Below are positions 1 through 14,514 of a stretch of 64,000 nucleotides of DNA, piece by piece (within the stretch, counting starts at the first letter, position 1; each line of letters starts with the position of its first letter). Under the pieces are notes generated by a model. It saw nothing but the letters and a program-made list of their open reading frames with translations, was not told where the DNA came from and searched no databases. Origin of the DNA: Lepidodermella squamata (Eukaryota > Animalia > Gastrotricha); NCBI GenBank assembly GCA_047495785.1, contig JBLDXI010000001.1, positions 3,348,001-3,412,000 of the forward strand. Reading direction: 5' to 3'. Position numbers and translations under genes: made by a program.

Positions 1-2671
1 TCGAGCAAACATCGAAGCCCCTTATCACCAAACTTCTTGATGGCTACAATTGTTCAGGTAAATGAGTTATGCGCTGTAAAGTAGTGTCCTCAAACCATTT
101 TTAAAATAGTTTTCGCGTACGGTGCTACTGGTGCTGGTAAAACTCATACGATGCTGGGTTCCTCGTCACATCGCGGCATCATGTACCATACTATGTGCGA
201 GCTGTTCGAGCAGATAGAAAATATTCGCGAAGAAAAAGCTGTAGAAGTCAGCGTTTCGTATTTAGAGGTAGGATAGCCCATTAAAAAATTCGATATATTT
301 AATTTATATAATTTTTCAGATATATAATGAGCAGATCAAAGATTTACTTAACCCGGGCGTAACTTTGCCGATTCGCGAAGGTTCAGACGGCATTGCCTAT
401 GTTACTGACCTTTCGATGCAGAAACCGCGAAATGCGGACGAAGTTTTTGCGCTATTGGAATTTGGCAACGCCAACCGTACACAACACCCCACTGATGCCA
501 ACGCTGAATCATCTCGATCTCACGCACTTTTCCAGGTCTATGTGAGACAGAAAGACAAGGCGGGCGGCACTGTGGTCGGATGCCACGTTGCTAAACTATC
601 CCTCATTGATTTGGCCGGGTCTGAGCGAGCAATTGTAACGAGAAATCGCGGCGCTAGATTTCGCGAGGGAGCTAATATCAATCGGTCATTACTCGCCCTG
701 GGTAACTGTATCAACGCACTAGCTGAGGGAAAATCGAAATTCGTCAATTACCGCGATTCAAAACTGACAAGATTACTGAAAGATTCTCTGGGTGGCAATT
801 GTTACACGGTCATGATCGCAGCCGTCAGGTACTTTTTGTTGCAAAATATTGAAAAATTCAATTAATTCGTGGAAATATCAGCCCGTCTGGAATGTGGTAT
901 GACGATACACACAACACCCTGCAATACGCGAATCGCGCGAAGAATATCAAGGTCGATGTCACGCAGAATGTTGTCAATGTCGACGCTCGTTTGGGCGATT
1001 ATCGTCGCATTATTTCTGAGCAGAAGGACGAAATTGCTCGTTTACGCGATGAGGTTGCTAAATTGCGCGGTGGAACCGTTCAGCTGACCAAGCAAGGAGC
1101 GAACGAAGCCGTCCACGCGCTACAAACCTTCGAAGGAGTGCCTGATCGTTGCCGCGCCGAAACGAGACGAGCCGGTGACAAAATTTTCGATTTGTACAAT
1201 CAACTGACAAAAGCTCAGCAAGAAAGAGATCGTTTAAGTGCGCTGCGAATGGACAGAATGCGGCAGTCTCAGAATTTGATGATGCTAGCCGGCAGTTCAA
1301 TGTCGGATGATCCTAGTTTGAACCATGATTTGTTGGAGGAGCGGCGGCACGCCCGTGAGGCAGGTTCTTCGTCGCAGAAGGCCGCTCAAACCCTGCTGGC
1401 GAAATTGGACCCGATCAATCGGAAAATCGATGAATTGACCAGAGCTATCGAACAAGCACAGCAGAATGCCGTTGATCGGACGCGGTTGCCTGATACGCTG
1501 ATTTCAAGTGCTCCGCTTGTCTCGCCGCAACTGACAGCTTGCCGCAATCTGGCGCGTTATACTTGGGAATTTGCGAGGGAGCTGTGCCAGTCTAAGATTC
1601 ACAACGCCCGCCTTGAATGTGAACTGCGCTGCCTCAAAACTGAAGTTGGAATGCTTCGGAAGCGCCAAGCCGACTCAGATGGGTAATTTCTAGCTTAAAT
1701 TCGAATATTTCATACGCCTTAATTTGCGTGGTTTTCCCCAAAATAACGAAAATTTGAACACTTCTCCCATTGAAATTTTCAAAATTCACAAAATCCGATT
1801 TTGATTTCGCATTTGTTAATTCACTTTCTCGGGTGGTTGCTAATATTTTCTTTGGCAAATGCGTTAAAAACCACGAAAATCGTAAATTTTTTCTGTTAAT
1901 TTGTTTACTAATCGACTGTTTTCTTATTTAAGGTTTATCCGTTGCATGTTGGAGAGCATTGCTCGTCTAAAATCGGCCCCGATAACGAACCAGGCTCGCG
2001 GTTTCCTGCTCAAACCGGCCAGTTTCACCGCCCCATCGGTCGATCAACTCGCCGCCTCGACTTCAAACGCCTACTGGCTACCTTCAGAGCCTCGCCAAGA
2101 CGCAGCGGGTCAAGACGAAAATGCCTCGCCCGATTCAGACGAGGAAGCGGCGGGAGACACCGTTCTAAACCGGACGGTGACTAAATCCAAGGGAATGAAC
2201 CGCTCATCGTCGTGTTCTGGCCTCCAGCAACAGCAACAAATGCAGACTTTGATGCGAAACACCGCGGCTCTGGCGATTTCAAACCGGCCAAATCTGCCGA
2301 GGTCCACGTCAAAGCAGCCGCCGACAAACCGGCTGGTCGGTAAGGCGGTGATCGACGTACCGCCCCCTGGTAATACCCGACCCAGGTTGAACCGGGCCGC
2401 GGCTAGTGCCAGCGTGTTACCGTCGCCCTTCAAACGCGCTCGAGGTCTCTACAGCATCAACGAAGCCGCTGGTTCGTCGAATATGAACAAAATCGAGGAG
2501 GACGGCTCGCCGATTATCGACTCGCCTCGGGTTCGAAAAACGCCGCAACGATACGAAGCTTCAAGCGCGTTCAACCGCCTCGGAAAACCCCTCACCCCAT
2601 CTCACTCGCCTGCGAAACGCTCCAAGGCGACGAAAACGCTGAAGGACAGAATTTTCGATCGCTTCAAATGA
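1..2671 (+). CDS. KIF18: Kinesin-8 family motor (KIF18A/B-like), 5' end outside the window
   Basis: Exons <1-57, 110-267, 320-828, 882-1682, 1933-2671 (GT-AG). P-loop [12 protein letters not shown], switch [10 protein letters not shown], switch [29 protein letters not shown] and [18 protein letters not shown], which is typical of kinesin-8. Followed by a coiled coil and a basic disordered tail. AATAAA at about 2981. Confidence 0.9.
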
Positions 2672-3032
2672 ATTGTTGTGTATTTCTGGCGGCGTCGATA
2701 TAGCATATTGGCCGGTGTTTGTTGTTGGCGTTTTGTTGGTCACTTTTATAGTGTAATTGTAACTCAATTTTTTATGAACAACTGACTTGTGTAAAAACGT
2801 GCTTGTGTCTTGTTGAATAAGTCGCTATTATATGATGATTTTATTGTGTTTGTTCTCCTGCTGCCGTAATTTCTCCGTTGTAACATATTTACCAACTTTG
2901 TTTTGCCTGTAACAATCTTTTGCGCCTTAATTTTCGCTTCATCAACCTCAGGTCTTATTCCGGTCGATTTTTCATATCGAAATAAAACATGACAAAACTT
3001 GGGTTTTTATTTCATATTATTTTGACTTGATT

Positions 3033-6000
3033 TCAACGATTAGCCTCTGACATTTGTCTATAAATCGGGTCTTCAGCACTTGGTGACTTTCCGAATCGGT
3101 GGCGAACGTGACTTGAGAGAGCGTCTCTCGGCCCTACGACATTGACATGGCGCAGTTTAGCCAGGCGGCAAACTGCAGATTCTAGACGAGACAGGCCGTT
3201 TCGAACAACATCGGCGCCATGACGTTGTTCTTCGACTACAGTAGATACACCGCGGACTATCAGACCTAGCGGGTCTTGGACGTATTTTCTAGAGTAAACA
3301 TCGTAGCCGTCCAAGTGTTGAAGTCGCTCGACAAGTAACGAGCAAACAGCCTATTAAAATCAAGAAAAAAATCACATGCAAAGTTCGAAATTTTTGTTTT
3401 CATTTATGGAAAGTCTGAAATTAAGCCGGAAATTTGTATGAGATACCAAATCCCACTTTTCTGTTGCCTTCAACGATTTTTTCAAAAATCCTTGCGTAGA
3501 ACAGGCCTTCCGAAACGGGGTAAAGCGAACCTCTTACGGGTCGCCGAGCAATTTTGATTAAACCACAAAATACCGCTTTCTTGGGTGTTCTCCGCTGCGA
3601 TATCTTTCAGAATTCTTGACGTTTTACTAGATTTTCAAGTCTCAGATAAGCCTCAGAAAAAAATAATGGAAAACTATTTAACCAGAGAGAGGTAATCGAG
3701 TGAGAAGCCCTGGCGTAGACTTGATTATAAAATTATAATTATAATTTAATTTTCAAAAAAAATTACTCGAAGTTAATTAATTGAGGCTGAATTTCCGGCG
3801 ATTTCCTTCAATTATGAGGTACTCCTTAGCGGCAGCTAGCTTTCGCGCATTTCCCCCTGCTAAATTTCCCAAACTTTTTCGAAAGCTAATGTTTGAAAAC
3901 TGATGTTTTCAGGCAGGATTGTACGCCAGGGGTGATTTTCTATTGGCCATTCATCGGATTTAGATGATACGAAGGGTTGAAAAAATTCGTGAAAATTCAA
4001 AAAACTTTAAAATTACATGGTATCTCGCTGTCTTCTTTCGATTGGCATCATCGCCGTTTTCAGCTTGACGATTGTCATCAGTACCGTTCACATCAGCAGT
4101 TCCATTCGACTTCCTAAAAATCCGCGTTATCACCCATCGAACAGCCTCGAACACGTATTCTATCAGGTTGAACGGGATCGGTAAGATATTGTAAGAATCG
4201 TAGTGTTTCATCCACAGCGAGGCGCGCATGAACTTCCACTCGGCATCGCGGTCGTTGTAAATCGTATCAAAGGTCTTGCTCATAATCGCAATCAACATAT
4301 TGACTAGAACAACGGCTGTAATCATCAGATAGGCTCCATATAGAACGTAACCAACGCCGACAGTTTGAGACGAAAGACTAGTTTAAAAATCCAAAAATTA
4401 AAGAAAAAATTAAGAAAGAAAGAAATTACTTGATAAATATTTGACGCATTTCCAAGGTCACAGAACTATTTTGATCGGCCAAAGCGTCCATATTGAGGTT
4501 AATACTCTGAATTTGTGGCGCGTTGATTTCGCCGATGCCAAACGATGACCAGAACAAATCTTTCATCAAAGTCCCCATCCTAAACAAATTTCGAATTGCC
4601 TTGCCTTCTCATTTTTCATAACTTGAACTTACGATGAAAAGTCAGAATTTGTACATGAGTAGTTGACGTAGAGTAAGGAAAGAGCTGAGACAAATCCAAG
4701 CATAATAATTGCCCATAGAAAGAGCACGCTTATTGTATCAGCCTAAAAATTGGGAATTTAGAAGCTAAATTTTTAGGAAATTTCCGATATTTTCAAACCA
4801 TCATTCTTTGAAAGGCGATTGTTAAAGGCCCGAAAACTGAACTGCTCGGCATGACGAAGAGCAGTCGGGCGAATAGGAAAACGTTCCCAAAGGCGATGAG
4901 CATATCGGAAATTTGACTCAAATCGTAATTAATCGAAAGCGGTTTCGTTATAAGGGTCGAAATAACACCCAATTCGCCCATTCGACATCGATACACTGTA
5001 TCGCAATAGTATCCCTGAGAGGAATTTGCCATAAAATGAAGGAATTTTTGGAAATCTAAATATTACTCGGTACATAGGGTCTTGAGAAATCATCGCAGCA
5101 ATTACGCCATCCAGCAAAAATCCGGTCATGAAGCACAACAAACCTAACCAGTCGACAATATTGCCCATATCCTGACAGAAATATAGGTGAAAAATTGATT
5201 TTTCGATCCGAAAATTCCTACTTTTAGGTGGTCTTTGACACTTCTCAGATGAATCATTTCTCGGCAATGACCAGCCATAAAGCCTGAAAATTTTAAATTT
5301 TCTTCTCAGATTTTTTCGGATTTTTTTCCATTTTTACCAATTATCCATAGGATCATGAGTCCTTTCCAGACGTAAAAATCCGTATGACCCTGGCTCGAGC
5401 AAACACTGTCCCACAGGGCGTGAGGCTGCGAGTCTAAAAGCGTGCGAAAAACAATGACGAGGAAAGTGACCGTCGACACGGTTCGGTGCAAATACTTGAC
5501 GTAAGGCGAGCTCATGATCGCCTTCACCTGCCGCGGACAGCACGGTATAAGGTAGAGCAGCGACGAGAACGGATACGAAACGACGGCGGCGAGCGTGAAC
5601 AGGAAAAACACGGTGTAGCCGCGAAGTGACAGCCATTCAACGCCGCGGTACCATTCGTTCAACGCGTAGCGCTGCGTCACCGGGTGGGCGATGAATTTCT
5701 TCTGGCCGTAATGTATAGCCATGTTTATAGCTGCGAGTTTGTTTTCAGGTGTCAGCGTCGTTGTTTCCTTTTCTCTATCGCTGAGCAAATTGCCGTGAGA
5801 TAGAATAATGGTTGTCTCATCGCTACCCTGGCACTGGTTGAAAAGATCTACCGCGAAAATTCTACACGCTTCTGCAAGCTCTCGGTACTCAATCTTAAAA
5901 GAAAAAACAATGAAAAATCATTTTTCGGTGTTTTTGGAATAATTTGTTATTTAAAAAATTCATGAAAAATTTATAAAAATATTTCTGCTCTAAATTTTCC

Positions 6001-7389
6001 CGATTCCTTGTGATTTTGACTTCTTCTTTTCTTTATCGATAATGACTATAATAATCTCTGATGACGGAAAAATCACTGATTTATTATATCGATCCTTGAA
6101 ATCGATGCCAGCTGATGAAAAACTGACCACTCATATCGCAAATTACGCTATCAGTTTTGGGCGTGAAAAATACAGATTCTAGGAAAGACGTAAAACCTCA
6201 AATTTAGTTGGAACCCGATATTTGGGATAAGCACTTGGCACCTGGAAATTTCCTAGAATTATTTTTAAAATTCCTTTGTCTGTTTTTAATTGAGATTTTT
6301 TAATACTCCGACTCTTAATTTGTTAAATCAAAGTAGTTGAGCTAGTTGCGGGCTAAATTAATTAATGGAAATCCTAAGTGTCGTACAGTTGAGGAGGACA
6401 GGCATGAGTAACGCAATCTTTTATATTTATGAAATTATTATAGTAAAGCCTACACTGTAATCACTCTCGATTTTCGACAGCATATCCAGCTCGACGCTCA
6501 ATTTGAACGACTCGATAAACGGATCAACGGCTAGTGACAGATAGGCATTAGTAGCCATCGCACTATAAGCAGCTAGGCGCGACCGTGAAAAGTGAACAAA
6601 ATCCAATTGTCGCATGTTCCTAGTATGGACAGACAAATTAAAGAGTTTTTCTGAGAAATTGGACAAAAAACAGCAAATTTACGTGCACTCGCGGCATGAG
6701 CAGAAATAATTGTGGGGCCTGGTTATAAGACACATGGAAAGTCATGTGATCATGCGAAATTCGGGTATAATTCAACGGTTACTTTTTAATCGTAAAACCG
6801 GCTTCAACAAGCTGTCTCACAATTTCCGTATTGCCACGGATCGCGGCTAAAGTTAACGGATTGCCCTCGGGGCGTCTCAGGTCATGTGGGCGGAAATGAG
6901 GTCGGAGCGGGTCGGGGCCCGCAGTTGAAAATTCATCATTGCTCGAGCCCAAATCGGTCAACAGAAATATGTTCTTTTTACGCTTGAGTAAAGCCGATCT
7001 TAATAACTGATAAATTGAATGAAAATATTATTGAAATATAATTTATCAAATATATTTCAAAATTATACCAGCTTCAACGCGGTTGAGTTGTCTCGGGCAA
7101 CCGCTCCAAATATAGCAACTCGAATGTGACTCAGATTAGCTCTTGGTAGTAGTAATTCTAACAATTCTTAGAAAATTCTGAATATATTAACAATGATCAA
7201 TATTTGATCTGAATTACCACAATCTTCCTGATCGATAGCGAGCTGTAACGGAAATTTCCCGCTCTCGTTGACGATATTCGGATCGAATTGCGGATTCGCT
7301 AAAAACCTACTCAGAGCCTCGTAGTTGGTCGTTTGGATAGCTGAAAAAAACTCAGCGGCCGTGTTTGCAACCGAATTTCGGCTAGGCAT
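3033..7389 (-). CDS. TRPC-family (canonical TRP) cation channel, multi-exon
   Basis: Ankyrin repeats (NIVNESGKFPLQLAI, GNPLTLAAIRGNTEIVRQLVEAG), Zn-binding PHNYFCSCREC, SRSRLAAYSAMA..DPFIESFKLS, KKFIAHPVTQRY, pore LFWSSFG, S6 VVLVNMLIAIMS and TRP box EWKFMRASLW. All junctions checked are GT-AG. Confidence 0.9.
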
Positions 7390-8075
7390 TTTTGAAATTG
7401 CTGAAAATTTCTCCTACTTTATAGCACAACTTCTTCGCTCGATTCGCACACCTCGACCTGTCAAGCTGCATTTTTCACCCACGTGTCAAGTTCAATTAAG
7501 CTTAAATAACGTGTCACAATCCGAACAATTGAGTCAGTATAATTTATTTGTTCTTTTATTCACTTCACAAAAACGAATTGACATTGATCGTTTTATATTA
7601 TAATTTTAAAATGAAGATAGAAACGTGCTATAGCGGCCGTGTTTTCTCAATGCAGGTCAGTTTTTGTAGCGAAAATAGTAATTGCGACTCGTTAAATAAG
7701 CATGTGGATATATATTGCATGGCGCTAACGTTGGAAGCGAGAGATACTAAAGAACTACAAAAATTATACATTTTAGTTGAAAATATTGAAATAAATGACA
7801 CATATCAGAATGCAGCAGGAGATGCTTGACACTTCAAACCCGTGATTGAATTTATTTTGAATGAAATAAGGCATGCTTTAATAAATTTTTTCGGCATCTT
7901 TCAAACAAGGCACAACCTTACAGATAGATTCTTTTGCTGTAATAATACGAAATTTGAAGGAGCAGATCGCGAAAGCACCGAGACAGCATCAAGTGTATGA
8001 AATTCAAAAAAGGCGGAAAATATTTATATATATTATCTCGTAAGCCACTTTCAACAATTTTTCTAGCTAAATTTT

Positions 8076-11000
8076 CTAGTCCATCAAATTCAACAGCATT
8101 GCGTCGACTGAGGGAGATGGCGTGAACGGGCGTAAAGACCTCTTAGGGACAAAACCTTTCGTCACGCCCGTGTCGACAAACCACCGTTCCGCTTGGCCGG
8201 TTGGGTCGTGGCGTTTCACGATGCCAACTAGGGCGCCGCTAGGCAGGGCTAAATCCATCGGTTGCCGCGTTACAGTCGGTTCAACAGTGATAAATAGGTC
8301 CGAAACTGGGTAGGCATTGCGCAGAGTCGATGAACTGGACGTGTCAATTAGTGGCGGGGGGATGTTTGGCGTGGTGAGTTGAATCGGAGTAGTAACGCTG
8401 GGTCTTTGAAATGGCGTTAGGCTATCTGTCGTTGTTTTGCTGCCATTGACTAAAATGGGTAAAATTTTTGACATTCAATTTACATCTAAGCCATTCAGTG
8501 ACAAGTGTCTTGTTATAAGGTCAAGCCAAAATGTCTCCTCAAATTATGTCTTAAAAAATAACCCACGGCGAGCAAATTTCTGCGAAAAATAACAGATGCT
8601 AGAAATTTAATTTATCAAGATAATTAACTGAGGAATTGGATACTTTCCAGAACGAAGGATGATTATTTTCCATTATCTTCGAACTAGTTATACAACTTCA
8701 AAATGAAAGTTTCGAAGTATATACAAATTCACCAGTAAGATTGCATCCCAAGTAATTTCTTATCGTCATTTTCAATAAAATTATTTTTCGCCTTTTATCA
8801 AAAATCCTGAAATTTTTAGAAACTTATCAGTTTTTTATTTCGAGCCCCTATTATTATTCTGCATGAAAAACGGGTGTTGTTTTCACAAATGAGTGCAATA
8901 AGAGCAATCTGACAAAAAACGGCAATATTCATTAAATTTGTTTACCCCTAAAAGCGAAAAAGCCCTCAGCTATTCAGATCTCTCTTGAGGATATCTACAG
9001 AATTATTGAAACGTGTAAATATGGCTGGCGTGAATAGAATGCAATAACACAATTTTCTATTTATCAACGATAATCGAGTACATAAATTGGCCCAATTTAC
9101 ATTTAGAGAGTGAAAATCGACGAAAATAATGAAAACTATCGCTTACATGGCATTGGGCTTTTGCGATTTGATTCGGCTTTGACAAAGCTGAAAACGCTCA
9201 TTTGCGACAAACTCCGCGACAAATTCGCAGACGCCGCGACACTCGTCGTTTGAGGATTCAAAGCCGTAGCCGCCGATCTCGCAATCATTGAATAATGCCG
9301 CAGAAATGACACGAAAGACAGCAATAAAATGCGGTAAGAAAATCGGCACAACGACGGCAATTCTTCCGATAACTGCGCATTTATCGCAACAAAGTCAGTT
9401 CGAGCTGTTGTTAAAGCAGCGTCATGCTCACTGTTGCCATTGTTCGATTCTTGATGGCCACTTAGCCGGCGGAAATCTAGCAATTTATCCTGCCGTTTTT
9501 TCATAACATGAGCCGGGCCTTGGAATAAATCGACAAGTTGCCGCAGCGGGTCGACAGATAACGCGTTAATTTTTCCGACCCGGTTCGACGTAGGGCCGGT
9601 ATCAAATGCGCGGAAAAACTGCTCGCGGAATACGCCAATTTGCGATACAGAAACATCGCCCGCCGCAAATTCATTCACAGACGTAACCAATTCACGCTGA
9701 GCGGCTGCAAATTCGTTGTATGTCTCGGTCCAACGCTGTAATAAGCGAACCGTTTGCCGAAACAGCCGATCAACAGCCTGAAATTCTTGCTCACGGCGGT
9801 TGAACTCCTCGTCCATTAACGCCGGTGAAAAACTGATTGAATCAGACAACCGCTGGGAGAAACGGCCTGTTTTCTTCCGAATCGTATGAGCACTGATTGC
9901 TTTTGATAAACGCGTGGTTAACGACGGCGATCGGCGGTATTTCAACACCAAATCCAACCTACGCCTGGTTTCGTTTAACCGGCTCGTTAGGGTGGATAAC
10001 TGGCCTGAGGCTGATGCTAGGGCCTCCGTGTCAGGATGTTGCGGCGCGGTGCTGCGGATAAGTTCCGACAACAATAACGGGTATTTCAAAATTCGTTGTA
10101 CTGGTTTGAGGAGTATCGACTCTAGGCTGAAAGCTGACGTTCGTTGTTGTTTCATAATTTCCGTCACTTTTTGAACATATTCACGCGTCGCATCTACAGC
10201 GGTTAAACGGGTAAGAAACGCCGCTGCTCCGGGCTGGTGTTGGCAATAACGGCTATACACAGATTCTAGTTCATTCGATAATTTAACAAAGCAACTTCCG
10301 ATTAATTGCGCATCCTTCGGCTTATTTGTCTCGTATTTCAATGCGTCAAGCAACCTGCGACTCACTTCGGCCACTTCAGACATATTGCCGAGTAACGGGT
10401 GGCTAGTACCCGGTGAAATTTGACAGGCAAAACCGGCACCAACTTGCGGCACTGGGGTGGTATTTATCACCTTGACACATAATTCAAGGTCAGCCAAATA
10501 ACTTTCTTCAGTAGAAATAAGCTCTTCAATAACTTTGGCACGTTTATCGCCAGATACGCTGTTCCTTTGAGCTGATAAATTAGCCGGCGGGGGTCGCTCC
10601 GGTTTGTAAGCTGGTAAAAATTGGGCGGTGCTTGGTGATTCATTCGCCGCTGGGCTGAACATCAAGTTGGGACTCTTTGACCCAGAATCAACAAATGACG
10701 ACGATCTTTGCTGCTTAGTCGGCAATAGCGTCAAATTTGAAGGCGGCGATAACGACGGCTGAGGTCTCGGCCTCGCAATACCATACTGTTGAGGAGGTTG
10801 TGGCAGTAGGGGTGGCGAGATCGCCGGGGGTCTTGATGCATTTGTTGACGACGTTGCCAGACTGAGAAGATCGAAATCGAGTTGTGTAGGCTGTAAAATG
10901 CCTGTTGTTTGTTTTGGCACTTGAGATGGCGGGGGTGGCCTCGAGGGCGGTGTGGCTTGGTATGTTTTCTCAGCCACTGCCCTATTCATCTCATACTTGA

Positions 11001-12427
11001 CTAAGTCGTCGAGTGAAAACGAGCTGTTTAGCTGAGACAACGTGCGACTATCGAACACATTGGCGGGTTTATTGGCAGCAGATCCAAATCCGTTATTTGT
11101 GAAAATGTCACCAGGTGGATTGGCGTAAGTCGCATTCGGGGATGAGCCCATTTGATATGGCGATGTACTAGAAATGGGAGTTGCTCTATTTGGCATGTCA
11201 TATGTTGATTTAGAACTCGTCAACATAGATGGACTTGGCGTCGAGGCTTTGCTTTGATGAACTTCTTTGAAAATTTCATCGAAATTGATATAAGGCTCAG
11301 ATGGCGGTAGAGGTGGTGGAGCAAATTTTGGTGGCTCGTCGAATTCATGGGGGTCTGAGTAACTCGGTTTGGCAGGCGAGATTTCAAGAACGGGAGCAAG
11401 AGGCTGAGCGGGTAAAGCGCCCGGTACATTTTGATAAATCTATTCGAAATTTAATATTAAAAGCTAATTGAAAGAAAACATTCGTCAATAAACCTCTCGT
11501 TTTGGTTGATCGTAGCTTTTCCGGGCTCCATAATCATATTGACTACTGGCAGGTGCACTGCTGGCAGGCTGAGTAGTGCTATCTTCAAAAATTTCCTTGT
11601 GCATCGCCCGCCATGTCCTCGACAACGGAATATCAGTAGAAGCTGACGACTGATCCTTCTCGGGAGAGATTGCGCAGATAAACTCGATAAAACTTTTCGG
11701 AAACTGCCCAGTCTTATTATCGCCAATTCTGCAGCCGGAAAACCAATTTTCATCGACAGCTTTCAAAACTTTGACTTCATCATTGAATCGCAAGGATAGT
11801 TCGTCACCATATCTAGCATCGAAATCAGCAATAACGCGACCTTTGAAAGGAGGATTCTGCTGAGGGGCGTAAGCGTCATGTTGCTGTAATATTGAAGCTG
11901 CGTTATTATGCTGGCCGACTTCGACAACGAATGTTAGCGGGAACATCTTAAGCGGAGTTGTAACTGGCTGTAATGCCAACCGTCCTTCCCACCATTCTTC
12001 GTTTACGGGTCGCTCTCCAATGATTAAATCACCTAAAGTGACATCAACACATAAACACTTGAAGAATCATCAGCAGAGGTCTGCCTTACCTGATTTGAAC
12101 TCAAGATCACCTTCAACGCCGGTGTAAAAATCGGCGATAGCCAGGAACATCTCTTGCTCACCTTCGCGAAGTTTGAATGTCATTTCTTTCAAGTACGTAG
12201 CGGGGACAATTCCTTCATCCCCCATCACTATGTGCCTGCATTTAATCCATTCTTGGCCGATCTAGAGTAGACAAATCCAATAATACATTTTGAATACAGG
12301 AAAGATGAGAAATTACCTTTTCTAGTATTAGAACTATCTCGCCAGATCCGACCGACAATTGACCATCAGCAGTAGGATTGAAGGGATACAAGACTTTGGC
12401 AAGTTGTATAGACGTGATGCTAGGCAT
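8076..12427 (-). CDS. DNMBP: Dynamin-binding protein / Tuba-like RhoGEF (SH3 repeats, DH, BAR, SH3)
   Basis: N-terminal SH3 domains (AKVLYPFNPTADGQLSV, VIADFDARYGDELSL..ENWFSG), Pro-rich linker, DH domain (VIEELISTEESY...LLKPVQRILKYPLLL), BAR-like region (KKRQDKLLDF) and C-terminal SH3 (HDPTGQAERWFVDTGVTKGFVP). A DH-BAR tandem without PH is characteristic of the DNMBP/ARHGEF37/38 family; N-terminal SH3s favour DNMBP. Confidence 0.88.
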
Positions 12428-13040
12428 TTTCTCCTACTATATGCCCTAGTTCGAAAGCAAATGGTGGGTAAAACCAAAATTGACGATTGATGGGCCATGG
12501 GATGATAATAACATTAGAAATCGGCCGAAAAATATTGGAAACATTAGGGAATCTTTGTCATAGGGAATGTCTGTCAGTGGGAGTGATTGTGAGCTTCTGA
12601 AATAAAATATATAAATGAGCGTTGTATGTTGTATAGTAAGTCTCAGAAGGCAGCCTCTTCACAAAAAGCGTAGTATGTCGTTCGTCGTAAAACGTAAAAG
12701 CACGACACTTCCATACCTCCATACTTCCAGAAAAAGAAAGAAACTGAAAAAAAACTGCTGACCCAAGCCGGTGGGGAAAAATTTACGCGGCAAAAAGAGA
12801 GATGTCAAGGTCTAATATTAAAATTCACAATTAATTAGGCGCACATATTTTATACATTTTTAAATATATATTTGTTTCATTGACGACTCTTATCTCGTTA
12901 TTTCTTTCTTTTTGTAGATTTTCGCCAATTATTTTTGCCAATTTTTGCGCGAGTTAATCTTCGGATCGCGGCGGGCGGTTCTTTGCCGAGGAACTGCGCA
13001 AACCAAACCCCTTTTTATTCTTCTTATTCATATTTTCAAT

Positions 13041-13170
13041 TAGAATAGAATAGAATAGAATAGGAGCCATTACGTTATCCTGCTGTTAGGTCGGGAAAAT
13101 CTTCGCCATCAGGACTAGGGCCATAGGACTGTTCGTTGCGGTACCTGCGGTACCTACTACGAAGTCGTTA
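13041..13170 (-). repeat. (TAGAA)n microsatellite next to a short GC-richer segment, possibly a retroelement 3' end
   Basis: (TAGAA)4 at 13041-13063. On the minus strand it reads as a (TTCTA)n tail after a non-coding segment. Assignment to a retroelement is inference only. Confidence 0.35.
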
Positions 13171-13275
13171 AATAAGCAACAACTGTTCGCAATTTTTCTA
13201 ATACAGGAGCATGTCTGTTTCATTTTACTGACGTGAGTAAAATTAGCTGATTTATTAGTTCGTGTAACGATGACA

Positions 13276-14279
13276 TCATAGGTTAGCAGATTTTGACTTT
13301 CGCCTCCTCTGAGCTATGAGTATGCCTGAGGAAATAGCTGCAAACATAGCCACCACCGAAAGTGCAATTGGTATCATGTTTATATTTGCTGCTATTCTAG
13401 AGTCATCAAATCTTTTAAGCAACGGCACAATTCTGTTTCCACATGGTGGGTCGGTGTTGCTGAAATTTGGCTCCAACTCGCAAGGCATTGATCGAACCGT
13501 GCCACGGTACTTACTGCAACAAGAAGTTGGCACACGAGGAACATCCGGCCTTCCCTCAGTTATACCCCAAAGCCACCACAAGTCAGTATTTTCCATGTAG
13601 TCGGTAAATCCATAAGCACCGCAACAGTTCAGTGTATCTTCGATATTTGTTATTATCGGTTTTATCAAAGCGAGGTGATAGATAATGGCTGGAGCAAATC
13701 GTTCAGCAGCCACAAGTCTAGTTACAAATAAAATGATGAATGATACACTGCAAAATGCCTGAGCCGAGCAGTATAGCCTGAAAAAAGAATTTAAACAATT
13801 GAACCTATGAAAAAGCAGAGAAGCCTTACTCAAGCAATGCGTTTTTTCTCTTCTTCATCCTGGCTCGGTGAAATCCAATCATGCCGAAAGCAGTGAATAT
13901 TGCCTGAAACAAAGAAATTCCGAACATAAAATCGACAAGCCAATTGACGTAAGGCAGGTATATATCCAACGCTGTGATGTTATTCTCGCGAAATACAAGC
14001 GCTAAACGGGGCTGAATATTTCGAAGAAGTTGGCGTCCTGTTTCAATGACAGAATCGCTGATGAACGACGACCGCACAACCAATAAAACTACGGTAAAAA
14101 TTTGCGAGGCGATGGACATGCAACATCCGAAGATTGCTATCCCAAAAATATATTGAGCTACAAAAATAATAGTCAAATTGTGGATAATGAATGGGGCAAC
14201 AGTTCCTACTTTTTTGAGGCTCAGGGACTGTAATGCTGGAAACTGATTCAAGGCGAGTTCGAGTTGTCCCGCGGCTCAT
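13276..14279 (-). CDS. Divergent tetraspanin
   Basis: Three exons, starting MSRGTTRTRLESVSSITVPEPQK|TQYIFGIAIF. Four hydrophobic segments, large extracellular loop with CCG (LNCCGAYGFTDY), PTSCC and two more Cys, and a short basic tail. Confidence 0.8.
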
Positions 14280-14514
14280 TTCGCTGCAATTCTAAACCTT
14301 GAATTTGATCAGTCTTCATTTTATTCTCAAGGTTTCCCTTCTTGCGAATAAAAATGCTTTTAATCACGCAATATTTTCTCGACGCTTTATTATTCCGTAT
14401 TCAATGGTACTATGCGTTCAAACTGTAGTTGCGTCGTTATACATAAATGATAAATAATAATTCTCAGATGCGAGGTGCTATCACAAAATCATAAGTTGTT
14501 CTATTAGGATGTAT

